Shown here one piece after another: positions 36,666 to 45,755 of a stretch of DNA of 61,926 nucleotides. The stretch is from NCBI GenBank assembly GCA_003556385.1, contig PWRA01000096.1, forward strand, positions 1 through 61,926. Reading direction: 5' to 3'. The stretch is from Dehalococcoidia bacterium. GTDB taxonomy: Bacteria > Chloroflexota > Dehalococcoidia > GIF9 > AB-539-J10. How positions within the stretch are numbered: position 1 is the first letter of the stretch; each line of letters starts with the position of its first letter. The notes below the pieces were generated by a model. The model was not told the origin of the DNA. It saw nothing but the letters and a program-made list of their open reading frames with translations, and did no database searches. The position numbers and the translations under genes were made by a program.

Positions 36666-39600
36666 ATGAAAAGCCAAAGCCAAGTGTTCATAGGGATAGA
36701 CATCGGCTCGGTCAGCTTAGACATAGCTGTGATCGACGAGAAACTGCAACTCCTGGAAAGCGTCTACGAGAGGACAAGGGGGCAACCTATCCCGGCCTTG
36801 ATTCGTGTTCTTGAGGGCCTCGAAAAAGACTACCCTGAAGTATCTGGGGCCGTATGCACGGGCAGCGGACGTAACCTTATAGCGGATGTCATCGGTGTAG
36901 ATAGGGAGAACGAGATCACCACTCAGGCTAAGGCTATCGCACACTTCCATCCCGGGATTAGAACAGTTATCGAGATTGGAGGACAGGACTCAAAGCTCAT
37001 TTTCCTGGAGTGGGATGAGAAGAGTGGAAGCTCGGTTATCATCGACCATGCCCTCAATGAAATATGCGCCGCGGGAACCGGCTCCTTCCTTGATCAACAG
37101 GCATACCGTCTGGGGGTCTCCATCGATGAGTTCAGCAGTCTGGCCACCAGAGCCGAGAGGCCGGCTACCATTGCAGGAAGGTGCAGTGTCTTTGCCAAAT
37201 CTGACATGGTTCATCTGCAGCAGGAGGGGACATCGCAGGAAGAGATAATAGCGGGGCTTTGCTATGCCCTGGCCAGAAACTACATAAGCAATCTGGGCAA
37301 AGGCAGGAGCTTCGTGAAGCCGGTAGCCTTTCAAGGTGGCGTCGCTGCCAATAAAGGAGTTGTTAGGGCTTTTGAGGAACTGCTGGAGCTCAAGCCCGGG
37401 GAGTTGATCATCCCCCGGCATTTCAAGATCACGGGGGCTTTCGGAGCAGCAATCACCGCATCGGAGAGATACCGTGACGCACCTGTCAGGCTCGAGGTGG
37501 CAAAGGAAGCACTGAGCCGATATTTAGTCAGGAAGGCCAATGAAACTGAGGTAAGGCATCTCAGGAGGTTGATCTACAACGGGGATGGGTCTACACATGT
37601 GGATGAAATCCCTATTTCGGGAAAGCAGGAGAAGCTTAAGGTGTATATGGGCATCGATGTCGGCGCTGTGAGTGCAAACATCGTTGTTCTGGACGAGAAC
37701 AAGAAGCAGCTTGCCGCGACGTATCTCATGACCGGGGGTGATCCCATCGGGTCGGTTAAGAAAGGACTGGCGGACATAGCATGTGAAATAGAGGAGCCTG
37801 TGGAAGTCCAGGCTGTGGTGGCCACTGGCAGTGCGCGTTACTCTGTTGGAGACTTCGTTGGTGCTGATGCAGTAGTTAATGAGATTACCGCTCAAGCTAG
37901 GGCGACGACAGATATAGATAAGACCGTAGACACTATATTTGAGATCGGGGGGCAGGATTCGAAGTACATCCGCCTGAAGAACGGTGCAGTGGTGGATTTT
38001 GAGATGAACAAGGTTTGTGCTGCCGGGACCGGCTCCTTTCTCCAGGAACAGGCTGATAGATTGGATGTAAGTATTGAGGAAGAGTTCAGCAAACTCGCTT
38101 TCGGCTCGAGAGCTCCTGTCGATCTGGGGACCCGCTGCACGGTTTTTATGGAATCTGATCTGGTACACCACCAGCAGGCGGGATCGCCGAGAGTCGACCT
38201 CTTGGCGGGCCTCTCCTATTCTATAGCCAATAATTACATTGAGAAGGTGGTGGGAAATAAGAAGATCGGCGAAAGGATATATTTCCAGGGAGGCGTAGCC
38301 GGCAATAAGAGTGTAGTGGCTGCCTTCGAAAGCATTCTGGGAAAGAAGATTATCGTCCCGCAGAGCCACGATGTGACCGGTGCCATAGGTGCTGCACTGA
38401 TCGCCATGGAGCGGAAAGGTGGGGATGGAAGAAGCGGTTTCGTCGGGTTCGACCTCATGGACCGCGAATATGATGTCACATCCTTTGAATGCCAGCATTG
38501 TCCCAACCACTGCCAGATAAAGAGGATGTCCGTCGGAGGCGAATTTAAGTCCTTTTACGGCGGTATCTGTGACAGATATGAGCAGAAGGAAGGACAGACC
38601 CCCGACCAGGTTCTCCCCGATCTCTTTAAGGAGAGAGAGGAAATGCTTATGCGCTATTACAGGGGCGATGACTTCGCGCCGAACTCTCCTGTAATAGGCA
38701 TTCCACGAATGCTCATGTTCTTTGAGCAGTTTCCACTGTGGGCTGCATTTTTTGGGGAGTTGGGAGTCAGAGTGGTGCTCTCCGATAAGACTAATAATAG
38801 GCTCATTCACAGGGGTCTTCGAGAGGTTCTAGCTGAAGCCTGCTATCCGGTGAAGGTTGCCCATGGACATGTGGCGGATCTCATTGAGAAAGGTGTTGAG
38901 CATATATTCTTGCCCAGCGTTATCGACCTGGAGAAGGAGAGTGATGATGTAGACAGGAGTTACAACTGTCCCCTGATCCAGGGTATCCCGTTCATGCTTA
39001 GACCTGCTTTCAAAGACAAAGCAAGAATCATGAGTCCCAGCATATTCATGGCACATGGCAAAGAGAACCTGAAGAGGCAGATGGAGAGGATGGGCAGGGA
39101 ATTTGGATATGAGCCCGGGAAAATCGCCTCAGCCATAACCGCTGCGCTTAGGGCTCAAGAGGAATTCGCAAGGATGCGCCAGGAAAGGGGTCAGGAGATA
39201 CTCAAGACCCTTACTAAGGATAATGAAGCCGTGGTGGTAGTAGGAAAGCCCTACAATGTTCATGATCTGGGGCTGAACCTGAATATTGCCAGGAAGCTGC
39301 GACATCTGGGAGTGCTGGCCATCCCCTTTGACCTGCTTCCGCTGGATGCGGTTGAGCTCCCGCCTCATTACTCGAATCTGGTCTGGAAGAATGAACAATA
39401 TCTCCTGCGGGCCGCGATGATGGCTAAGAACAACCCCAGCTTGAATCCCATAATGATCACCAATTATGGCTGCGGTCCCGACGCCTTCTTCTGGAAATAT
39501 CTCGAGGAAACCATGGAAGAGGATCCTTATCTGCTTCTAGAGGTAGATGACCACAGCGGTGATGCTGGGATGACCACCAGGATTGAAGCCTTTCTTGATA

Positions 39601-40907
39601 CCCTCGGTAGGCCGAAAACGCGGGTGCAGGAGGAAAGGCGGGAAGAGCTCAGTGTTATCAGACCCTCTGGTGGGATCAGCATCTTCAGACCTGCAAAGAG
39701 GATCAGGGAACTGGACAGGACCATTTATATACCCTACATCTCTGCGCACTCCGTCATGTGGGCTGCTGCTCTTAACTCCGTGGGTCTGGATGCCCGGGTT
39801 CTGCCCGAGCCTGATCAACTCTCGGAAGAGATAGGCAGAAGATATGTCTCCGGCAAGGAATGCCACCCCTATTTACTCACCACAGGGGACTTGGTCAGGA
39901 TGACCGAGCTCGAGGATTTCGACCCCGATAGGGCAGCGTTTATGATGCTTAACTTTGATGGTTCCTGCAGGTTGAGCCAATATGCCTTGTCTCACAAATT
40001 GGTCCTCAAGAGATTGGGTCTGGGGCATATCCCCATAATCGCCCCGGTTTCCTCCATACGGCATGATGAATGCACAGAATTGTTTGGACTGAAGTGGGGG
40101 GAGGCTGTCTGGAAGGGTTGGCTGGCCACGGATGTCTTATTGAAGAAGCTGCTTCATATTCGCCCTTATGAAGTGAACAAAGGGGAGAGTGACCGGGTCC
40201 ATACACAGGTGGTGGAGGAGATAGCCTCTGGCATCATCAAGGGGGACTTCTGGCGGGCTTTAGACAGCTCAGTCGCCGCTATGGATGACATTCAGGTTAG
40301 CCATGAAGATAGACCTGTTATCGGTATCGTGGGGGAGTTCTATACCTGTATGAACTCGTGGGCTAACAACGAGATAATCAAAGAGTTCGAGTCGCTGGGC
40401 GCTGAAGTGAGGCTTGGGCCGACCACCACAGATTACCTGGTATATTTCAATGAGGCGTATCCGGAGGCTTACTTCTCCAGGAAGAGATATCTCTCTGCCC
40501 TACACTACTATGTCAGAAGGTTTCCGCTCATGCACTGGAAGAGAAGGGTTGAGGGGGTGATGAAGAACGACCTTCAGGACTGCAGGATCCCTGGGGTGGA
40601 GGATATGATTACGCTTGCCGCCCCTTATGTGAGTGGTGATATAGACCCGGTGGTAACTGTAAACGTGGCCAAGGCGAAAAACTATGCCGTGCAGGGGTGC
40701 AGTGGCATCGCCAATCTCATCATTCTAAATTGCCTTTATGGCACTGTATCTACTGCCATCTACAGAGGGATACAGAATGAGCACAACCGTATTCCCGTGC
40801 TCAACATGATATACGATGGGCTACAGCATACCAACGCAAAGACAAGGATAGAGGCCTTTATACACCAGGCGAAGCTATACCACGAAAGACACAACCTGGT
40901 CCGATAA
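36666..40907 (+). CDS. Fused double BcrAD/BadFG-type ATPase (activase) plus 2-hydroxyacyl-CoA-dehydratase-like domains; PlsAR/Ger-type architecture (plasmalogen synthase / glycerol ester reductase family)
   Basis: Two actin-fold ATPase modules (GIDIGSVS...NEICAAGTGSFLDQQ and GIDVGAVS...NKVCAAGTGSFLQEQ). A Cys cluster CQHCPNHC...CDRYE. Then about 750 aa of DUF2229/HGD-D-like sequence. 1413 aa in one ORF. Confidence 0.75.
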   Translation: MKSQSQVFIGIDIGSVSLDIAVIDEKLQLLESVYERTRGQPIPALIRVLEGLEKDYPEVSGAVCTGSGRNLIADVIGVDRENEITTQAKAIAHFHPGIRTVIEIGGQDSKLIFLEWDEKSGSSVIIDHALNEICAAGTGSFLDQQAYRLGVSIDEFSSLATRAERPATIAGRCSVFAKSDMVHLQQEGTSQEEIIAGLCYALARNYISNLGKGRSFVKPVAFQGGVAANKGVVRAFEELLELKPGELIIPRHFKITGAFGAAITASERYRDAPVRLEVAKEALSRYLVRKANETEVRHLRRLIYNGDGSTHVDEIPISGKQEKLKVYMGIDVGAVSANIVVLDENKKQLAATYLMTGGDPIGSVKKGLADIACEIEEPVEVQAVVATGSARYSVGDFVGADAVVNEITAQARATTDIDKTVDTIFEIGGQDSKYIRLKNGAVVDFEMNKVCAAGTGSFLQEQADRLDVSIEEEFSKLAFGSRAPVDLGTRCTVFMESDLVHHQQAGSPRVDLLAGLSYSIANNYIEKVVGNKKIGERIYFQGGVAGNKSVVAAFESILGKKIIVPQSHDVTGAIGAALIAMERKGGDGRSGFVGFDLMDREYDVTSFECQHCPNHCQIKRMSVGGEFKSFYGGICDRYEQKEGQTPDQVLPDLFKEREEMLMRYYRGDDFAPNSPVIGIPRMLMFFEQFPLWAAFFGELGVRVVLSDKTNNRLIHRGLREVLAEACYPVKVAHGHVADLIEKGVEHIFLPSVIDLEKESDDVDRSYNCPLIQGIPFMLRPAFKDKARIMSPSIFMAHGKENLKRQMERMGREFGYEPGKIASAITAALRAQEEFARMRQERGQEILKTLTKDNEAVVVVGKPYNVHDLGLNLNIARKLRHLGVLAIPFDLLPLDAVELPPHYSNLVWKNEQYLLRAAMMAKNNPSLNPIMITNYGCGPDAFFWKYLEETMEEDPYLLLEVDDHSGDAGMTTRIEAFLDTLGRPKTRVQEERREELSVIRPSGGISIFRPAKRIRELDRTIYIPYISAHSVMWAAALNSVGLDARVLPEPDQLSEEIGRRYVSGKECHPYLLTTGDLVRMTELEDFDPDRAAFMMLNFDGSCRLSQYALSHKLVLKRLGLGHIPIIAPVSSIRHDECTELFGLKWGEAVWKGWLATDVLLKKLLHIRPYEVNKGESDRVHTQVVEEIASGIIKGDFWRALDSSVAAMDDIQVSHEDRPVIGIVGEFYTCMNSWANNEIIKEFESLGAEVRLGPTTTDYLVYFNEAYPEAYFSRKRYLSALHYYVRRFPLMHWKRRVEGVMKNDLQDCRIPGVEDMITLAAPYVSGDIDPVVTVNVAKAKNYAVQGCSGIANLIILNCLYGTVSTAIYRGIQNEHNRIPVLNMIYDGLQHTNAKTRIEAFIHQAKLYHERHNLVR

Positions 40908-41011
40908 ATCGGCGCTTTGTAGAAGCTGGCATTATGGAGCCGGTATCAGATTGTCGCGCTATCTGTGGATATGCTTTCCTGAAACCATTGCGTGCCGGGC
41001 CGCTTCCCACG

Positions 41012-42061
41012 CTACCATTCAAGACCCAGCATAAGACAGACCAGGCCGCTGCCGACCCCCAGCATGGCAACTCTATCACCGGTGTTAAGCCGACCCTGGT
41101 CGATGCCGATAGCCATAGTGATGGGAAGAGAAACCGAGGCAACGTTGCCCAGATATTCCACGGTTGAAAAGTCTCTTGCCTTATCCAGTCCCAGGGTCTT
41201 GAAGAACAGTTTACTCTGTACGGCGCTAACCTGATGGGTGAAAAACCTGTCTACATCCGAGTTCGTCCACGCAAGCTCCTGCTTTGTGGCCTCCCAGGTA
41301 TCGGCAGCCAGTTTTGATCCGTTCTTCAGGAGCAGTGTAGAGGATGTGCGCATCTCGGGCAGCATCCTCGGGTCGAAGAAGTAGGTATCGGCCTCTACTC
41401 GACAGAGTCCATTGTGCTGTGAGGCGGCGCGGGTTACCCCGCCAAGGAGCCTGTGACCGCCTCGCCCGCGGGAGGAGTGAGTTAGCACCGCTGCCACGGC
41501 TCCTGAGCCCAAAGTCAAGGTGGCAAAGGCCAGTTTCAGTTTCTCTCTGCTCGTGTTCGGGTCCTTCAAAACATTGTCGATTGTTGTATCGATGAGTCGT
41601 TTGCTGCTCTCGCAGCCAACCACCATCCCTGCCTTCACCTGACCCAACTCAATCATATTCGCCAATGTCACCATGCCGTTGATGAAACCGAGGCAGGCGT
41701 TGGAAATATCGAATATGGTAGCTGTGTGAGGGAGGCCGAGCGAGTCATGGACCACCGTCGCTGTCGCCGGCTCCAGGAAGTCGCGTGATACCGACGTATA
41801 CAGGAGGCAGCCGATGTCATCTCTGCTGACCCCCGACTCCCTGATAGCTTTGTCTGCCGCTCTCATACCGGCCTGACTCGGAGTCGTGTCATCGTCCCAG
41901 AATCGCCGCTCGCGAATCCCGGTCATCATCTCCAGGCGGCCGTAGGAGAGGTCTAATCTGTCATAAACCGGGGCCAGTCTCTCTTCTAGGCTTAAGGAAG
42001 TAACGACTTGGTGGGGCAACTCGTAACCAAAGGACTCGAGACAGACCTTTTCGTACCGCAT
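41012..42061 (-). CDS. 3-oxoacyl-ACP synthase III (KASIII/FabH-like) family protein
   Basis: Catalytic triad context: ISNACLG (Cys), FFTHQVS (His), YLGNVASVS (Asn). About 350 aa. Confidence 0.82.
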   Translation of the reverse strand: MRYEKVCLESFGYELPHQVVTSLSLEERLAPVYDRLDLSYGRLEMMTGIRERRFWDDDTTPSQAGMRAADKAIRESGVSRDDIGCLLYTSVSRDFLEPATATVVHDSLGLPHTATIFDISNACLGFINGMVTLANMIELGQVKAGMVVGCESSKRLIDTTIDNVLKDPNTSREKLKLAFATLTLGSGAVAAVLTHSSRGRGGHRLLGGVTRAASQHNGLCRVEADTYFFDPRMLPEMRTSSTLLLKNGSKLAADTWEATKQELAWTNSDVDRFFTHQVSAVQSKLFFKTLGLDKARDFSTVEYLGNVASVSLPITMAIGIDQGRLNTGDRVAMLGVGSGLVCLMLGLEW

Positions 42062-42134
42062 TCAGTTCCGTACTTCTTCCTCACCAACACCGTGAGGAGT
42101 GGTCGTCAAAAGCGCCTATGCCGCTCCCGCCGGC

Positions 42135-42533
42135 TCACTTCTGCTTGTTTGATATCAGCTTCGGGATATGTAGCTTGGTTTTCACGTTTTCCCAGGTTTC
42201 GGCGGATTCGGGAGGGATCATCTCATCCGGAATATACTTCCCGACCGCCGCGATAACGGTGCAGGTCTTCCTGGAATTCGACACGGCATCGGGAATATAC
42301 TCGTCGGCGGCCGTAATCGCAGTAGAGCGCAGCCTGCGGGGGATCCTCTCGACTCCGTTAATGGCCAGGGTAATCAGTCTGTTGGGGACTCGCCTGTCCA
42401 GAAAGTTGAGCCCAAACAGCAACAGCCTGTCGGGCGCGTATCTATCTACCAGTCTCACAAGAGCAGAGAACCACTTCTCTGCAAACGACCTGGTGATCGA
42501 CTTAAACCTTGGTCTTTGACCCCTCGGCGCCAT
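42135..42533 (-). CDS. Hypothetical protein (no recognised domain)
   Basis: 132-aa ORF upstream of and co-oriented with the KASIII gene (73-nt gap). Basic N-terminus. Internal EYIPD/KYIPDE duplication. No TM segments. Confidence 0.4.
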   Translation of the reverse strand: MAPRGQRPRFKSITRSFAEKWFSALVRLVDRYAPDRLLLFGLNFLDRRVPNRLITLAINGVERIPRRLRSTAITAADEYIPDAVSNSRKTCTVIAAVGKYIPDEMIPPESAETWENVKTKLHIPKLISNKQK

Positions 42534-42596
42534 GTTCTCCCCCGGAAGTATCCATTTTTAGCACATTGTAGTGCCGTCTGTCAAACGGTCCGTGTA

Positions 42597-42663
42597 GCGG
42601 GGTCAATTGATGCGGTCAACTGATGCGGTCAACTGATGCGGTCAACTGATGCGGTCAACTGAT
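42597..42663. repeat. 13-bp direct tandem repeat array (GCGGTCAACTGAT x4 perfect, plus one degenerate 15-nt copy)
   Basis: Read directly. The degenerate copy GCGGGGTCAATTGAT is at 42597-42611. Four perfect units follow at 42612-42663. The last unit runs into the TTGACA -35 box. Confidence 0.95.
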
Positions 42664-42691
42664 TGACACGGCGGAGTATGCGGGTTAAAAT
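42663..42691 (+). promoter_or_regulatory. Consensus-like sigma-70 promoter of rpsU-yqeY
   Basis: TTGACA (42663-42668), 17 nt spacer, TAAAAT (42686-42691). The ATG lies 14 nt after the -10, so the leader is very short and has no SD. Confidence 0.6.
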
Positions 42692-42705
42692 ACACTGTTC
42701 GTGAT

Positions 42706-42879
42706 ATGGCTGACGTAAAACTAGGTTCGGGCGAGAGCTTTGAGGCTCTGCTACGTAGATTTACAAGGCAGGTGCAGCAAGATCGCATTCTGGCTGAGGT
42801 TCGCCGCAGAAAGCACTATGAGAAACCCAGCGTAGAGCGGAAGAAAAAGGCGGCGGCGAAAAGGCGAAAGAGCTCTAGA
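42706..42879 (+). CDS. rpsU: 30S ribosomal protein S21 (C-terminal tail apparently frameshifted)
   Basis: MADVKLGSGESFEALLRRFTRQVQQDRILAEVRRRKHYEKPSVER matches the S21 core. The in-frame tail is the acidic EEKGGGEKAKEL. The canonical basic tail KKKAAAKRRKSSR lies in the +1 frame and ends at 42883. Confidence 0.8.
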
Positions 42880-42889
42880 TAGCCATCAA

Positions 42890-43339
42890 ATGGCGCTGAA
42901 GGACACACTTCAGGAAGCCCTCAAAGAGGCGCTCAAGCAGCAACGGAGAACCGAGGTTGCTACGCTGAGACTCGTGCTGTCCGAGATAAAGAATGCCGAG
43001 ATCGCCCAGCAAAAGCCCGCCGACGATGACAGGGTACTCGAGGTCATTGCAAGGGAAGCGAAGCGTCGTCGAGAGAGCATCGAAGCATTCAGGCAGGGGA
43101 ATCGTCCTGATCTGGTGGAAAGGGAGGAAGCAGAACTGGCTGTCCTCATGAGCTATCTTCCCGAGCAGATGGGCCGTGAGGACATCCTCGCGGCGGCGCG
43201 GCAAGCAGTTGACGCAGTCGGAGCCCGGGGACCGGGCGACAAAGGCAAAGTGATGTCTCAACTCATGCCTCAACTCAAAGGCAAAGCTGACGGCAGAGAG
43301 GTCAGCGACATAGTGTCGGAACTGCTGGCCGGCGACTAG
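42890..43339 (+). CDS. GatB/YqeY domain-containing protein
   Basis: LKEALKQQ...LRLVLSEIKNAEI...REAKRRRESIEAF...AELAVLMSYLP is typical of YqeY. The conserved rpsU-yqeY pairing is present. Confidence 0.88.
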   Translation: MALKDTLQEALKEALKQQRRTEVATLRLVLSEIKNAEIAQQKPADDDRVLEVIAREAKRRRESIEAFRQGNRPDLVEREEAELAVLMSYLPEQMGREDILAAARQAVDAVGARGPGDKGKVMSQLMPQLKGKADGREVSDIVSELLAGD

Positions 43340-43421
43340 ATACATAAGGCGGTCCGGGTTTGTGGAGTGGTCTTCACTGCCTCGCCCAACGAGGCGGCAT
43401 CCGGGTGACTGAAGTCGATTC

Positions 43422-45683
43422 ATGGACGTTTCCCGAGAGATTCTGGATGCGGTCGCTCTGAGCGAACAGGAATACGACCTCATCGTAGAGCAGCTGGGGC
43501 GAGAACCCAACGATGTCGAACTCGGGATGTTCGGCTCGTTATGGAGTGAGCACTGCGGTTATAAGCACTCCAGGCACTTGCTTAAGCTCCTGCCTGTCCG
43601 CAGCAAGAATGTCGTGGTGGGTGCCGGCGAGGAGAACGCGGGGGCGGTGGACATCGGTGATGGGCAGGTAGCGGTGATGAAGATGGAGTCCCACAACCAC
43701 CCCTCGGCCATCGATCCATTCCAGGGGGCTGCCACGGCCATAGGGGGTGTGGTAAGGGATATCTTCACCATGGGCGCCCGTCCTGTAGCGCTCCTGAACT
43801 CACTTCGCTTCGGCCCTCTGACTGAATCCAACAATCGCTGGTTGTTCGATGAGGTGGTGGGTGGCCTTGCCCACTACGGCAATACCCTGGGAGTACCCGG
43901 TGTAGGAGGTGAAGTGTTCTTTGCCGGGAAGTATACCGGCAATCCGTTGGTTAATGGCCTGTGTGTCGGGATCTGTGAGAAAGGTAGGCTGGTCAGAGCC
44001 ACGGCCGGTGGCGAAGGCAATCCTCTGATGCTGGTGGGAGCTTCCACCGGCCGTGATGGAATTCACGGTGCTTCGGGATTGGCCTCGCGCGCTTTTGAGG
44101 ACGAGCCGGAGACAGAATCATTGGTTCCGGCGGGCAATCCTTCGCTGGAGAAGCTGCTCATTGAGGCATGCCTTGAACTGGCTCATACCGAGTGGATTGT
44201 CGGCATGCAGGACCTGGGAGCCGCCGGCCTAACAAGCTCGGTGGTTGAGTCTGCGGGCAGAGGCGGAGGCGGAGCGGAGATCGATGTTCTCAAAGTGCCA
44301 AGGCGAGAAGAAGGCATGACTCCTTACGAGGTGATGCTGTCGGAGTCGCAGGAGAGAATGCTGCTGATCGTGAGGCGGGGTTGTGAGGAGGATGTGGCAG
44401 CTGTGCTGGCCCGCTGGGGACTCCGGTTTGACATCATCGGTCGGGTTACAGATACCAGGCTGGTGGTCGTTAGAGAAGGAGAAAGGGCTGTCGCCGAGGT
44501 CCCCGTGAATCTGCTGGTCTCGCCTCCCCTTTATAGGCCACGAAGCAGGAGGCCGTCATGGCTCGATGAGCTTCAGTGGCTCGATGCGCGCGCTGTGGCC
44601 GATCTCAGGCCCAGACAATGCAATTCCACCTTACTTCGTCTGCTGGCTTCCCCTAATGTGGCGAGCAGGGAGGGCGTCTATCGCCGGTTCGACTGTCCCG
44701 CTATGGAATCCGACATCGTCGGGGTCGTGGTTCCCCCTGGAGATGATGCAGCTGTTCTGCATGTCAGGGGCACCTCCCGGGGCGTCTCCCTAACCGTCGA
44801 CGGCAATGGACGATACTGCTATGCCGATCCCTTTGTCGGCGGAGTGATCGCGGTGGCCGAGGCCGCCCGGAATCTGGTGTGCAGCGGGGCCCGGCCTCTG
44901 GCCGTGACTGATTGTCTCAACTTCGGGAGTCCCGAGAGGCCTGATGTCTACTACCAGCTGAAAGAGTGCATCAAGGGTATCGCCCGCGCCTGTCGGGCAC
45001 TCAAGACTCCGGTGATAAGCGGCAATGTCAGCCTCTACAATGAGATCCGGGATGAAGCCATCTACCCCACTCCGATTATCGGTATGCTGGGGATTGTCGA
45101 AGATATAGACAGGCATTGCACGATGTCCTTTAAGAGAGAAGGTGACCTGGTGTTTCTGCTCGGCGAACCGTCCCACTTGAGTAATGGCTCTGCTCCCTCC
45201 GGCGGCAATGGTCTGGGCGCCAGCGAGTACCTGGAGGTAGTCCACGGCCTGGTAAGAGGGAAACCCGCGATCGACCTGGACATGGAAAGAAGGGTACAGC
45301 GCTGTTGTCTCGAAGCCACAAGACGGGGGCTTCTGAGTTCGGCCCACGATTGCTCCGAGGGAGGATTGCTGGTGGCGATTGCTGAGAGCTGCATATGCGG
45401 CGGCGTTGGTTTCAAGGGCGAAGACTGGAAGGTGAGGGGGAGATTGGATGCCGCTTTCTTCGGCGAACAACAGTCCCGCATCGTAGTGTCGATTGCACGT
45501 GATTCAGCCTCCAAATTGGGCAAGATCGCTCGAAAACTTGAGGTGCCGTTGACGCTGCTGGGTAGGGTGGCCGGAAGGCGTCTGGTGGTGGAGGGCTACT
45601 TCGACTTGCCCCTGGCCAGGATGGAAAGAGCCTGGCGAGATTCGCTCGACCCGTTCATGTCCAAACAGGAAAGGCAAGACTAG
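43422..45683 (+). CDS. purL: Phosphoribosylformylglycinamidine synthase subunit PurL (FGAM synthase II)
   Basis: Motifs SEHCGYKHS, MESHNHPSAIDPFQGAATAIGGVVRDI, and the duplicated AIRS-like domains. About 750 aa. Confidence 0.93.
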   Translation: MDVSREILDAVALSEQEYDLIVEQLGREPNDVELGMFGSLWSEHCGYKHSRHLLKLLPVRSKNVVVGAGEENAGAVDIGDGQVAVMKMESHNHPSAIDPFQGAATAIGGVVRDIFTMGARPVALLNSLRFGPLTESNNRWLFDEVVGGLAHYGNTLGVPGVGGEVFFAGKYTGNPLVNGLCVGICEKGRLVRATAGGEGNPLMLVGASTGRDGIHGASGLASRAFEDEPETESLVPAGNPSLEKLLIEACLELAHTEWIVGMQDLGAAGLTSSVVESAGRGGGGAEIDVLKVPRREEGMTPYEVMLSESQERMLLIVRRGCEEDVAAVLARWGLRFDIIGRVTDTRLVVVREGERAVAEVPVNLLVSPPLYRPRSRRPSWLDELQWLDARAVADLRPRQCNSTLLRLLASPNVASREGVYRRFDCPAMESDIVGVVVPPGDDAAVLHVRGTSRGVSLTVDGNGRYCYADPFVGGVIAVAEAARNLVCSGARPLAVTDCLNFGSPERPDVYYQLKECIKGIARACRALKTPVISGNVSLYNEIRDEAIYPTPIIGMLGIVEDIDRHCTMSFKREGDLVFLLGEPSHLSNGSAPSGGNGLGASEYLEVVHGLVRGKPAIDLDMERRVQRCCLEATRRGLLSSAHDCSEGGLLVAIAESCICGGVGFKGEDWKVRGRLDAAFFGEQQSRIVVSIARDSASKLGKIARKLEVPLTLLGRVAGRRLVVEGYFDLPLARMERAWRDSLDPFMSKQERQD

Positions 45684-45755
45684 AAGTGCCGAAGCGCAGG
45701 TCTTGTTCTCCGCTGGCTGCCGTGACTCCTCATATTGCGGTCTGGCCTACTGAAA

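Noticed and set aside
42597-42663. Possible CRISPR array, because of the perfect short direct repeats.
   Set aside because: The units are 13 bp and directly abutting with no spacers, and no cas genes are present. It is a simple tandem repeat.
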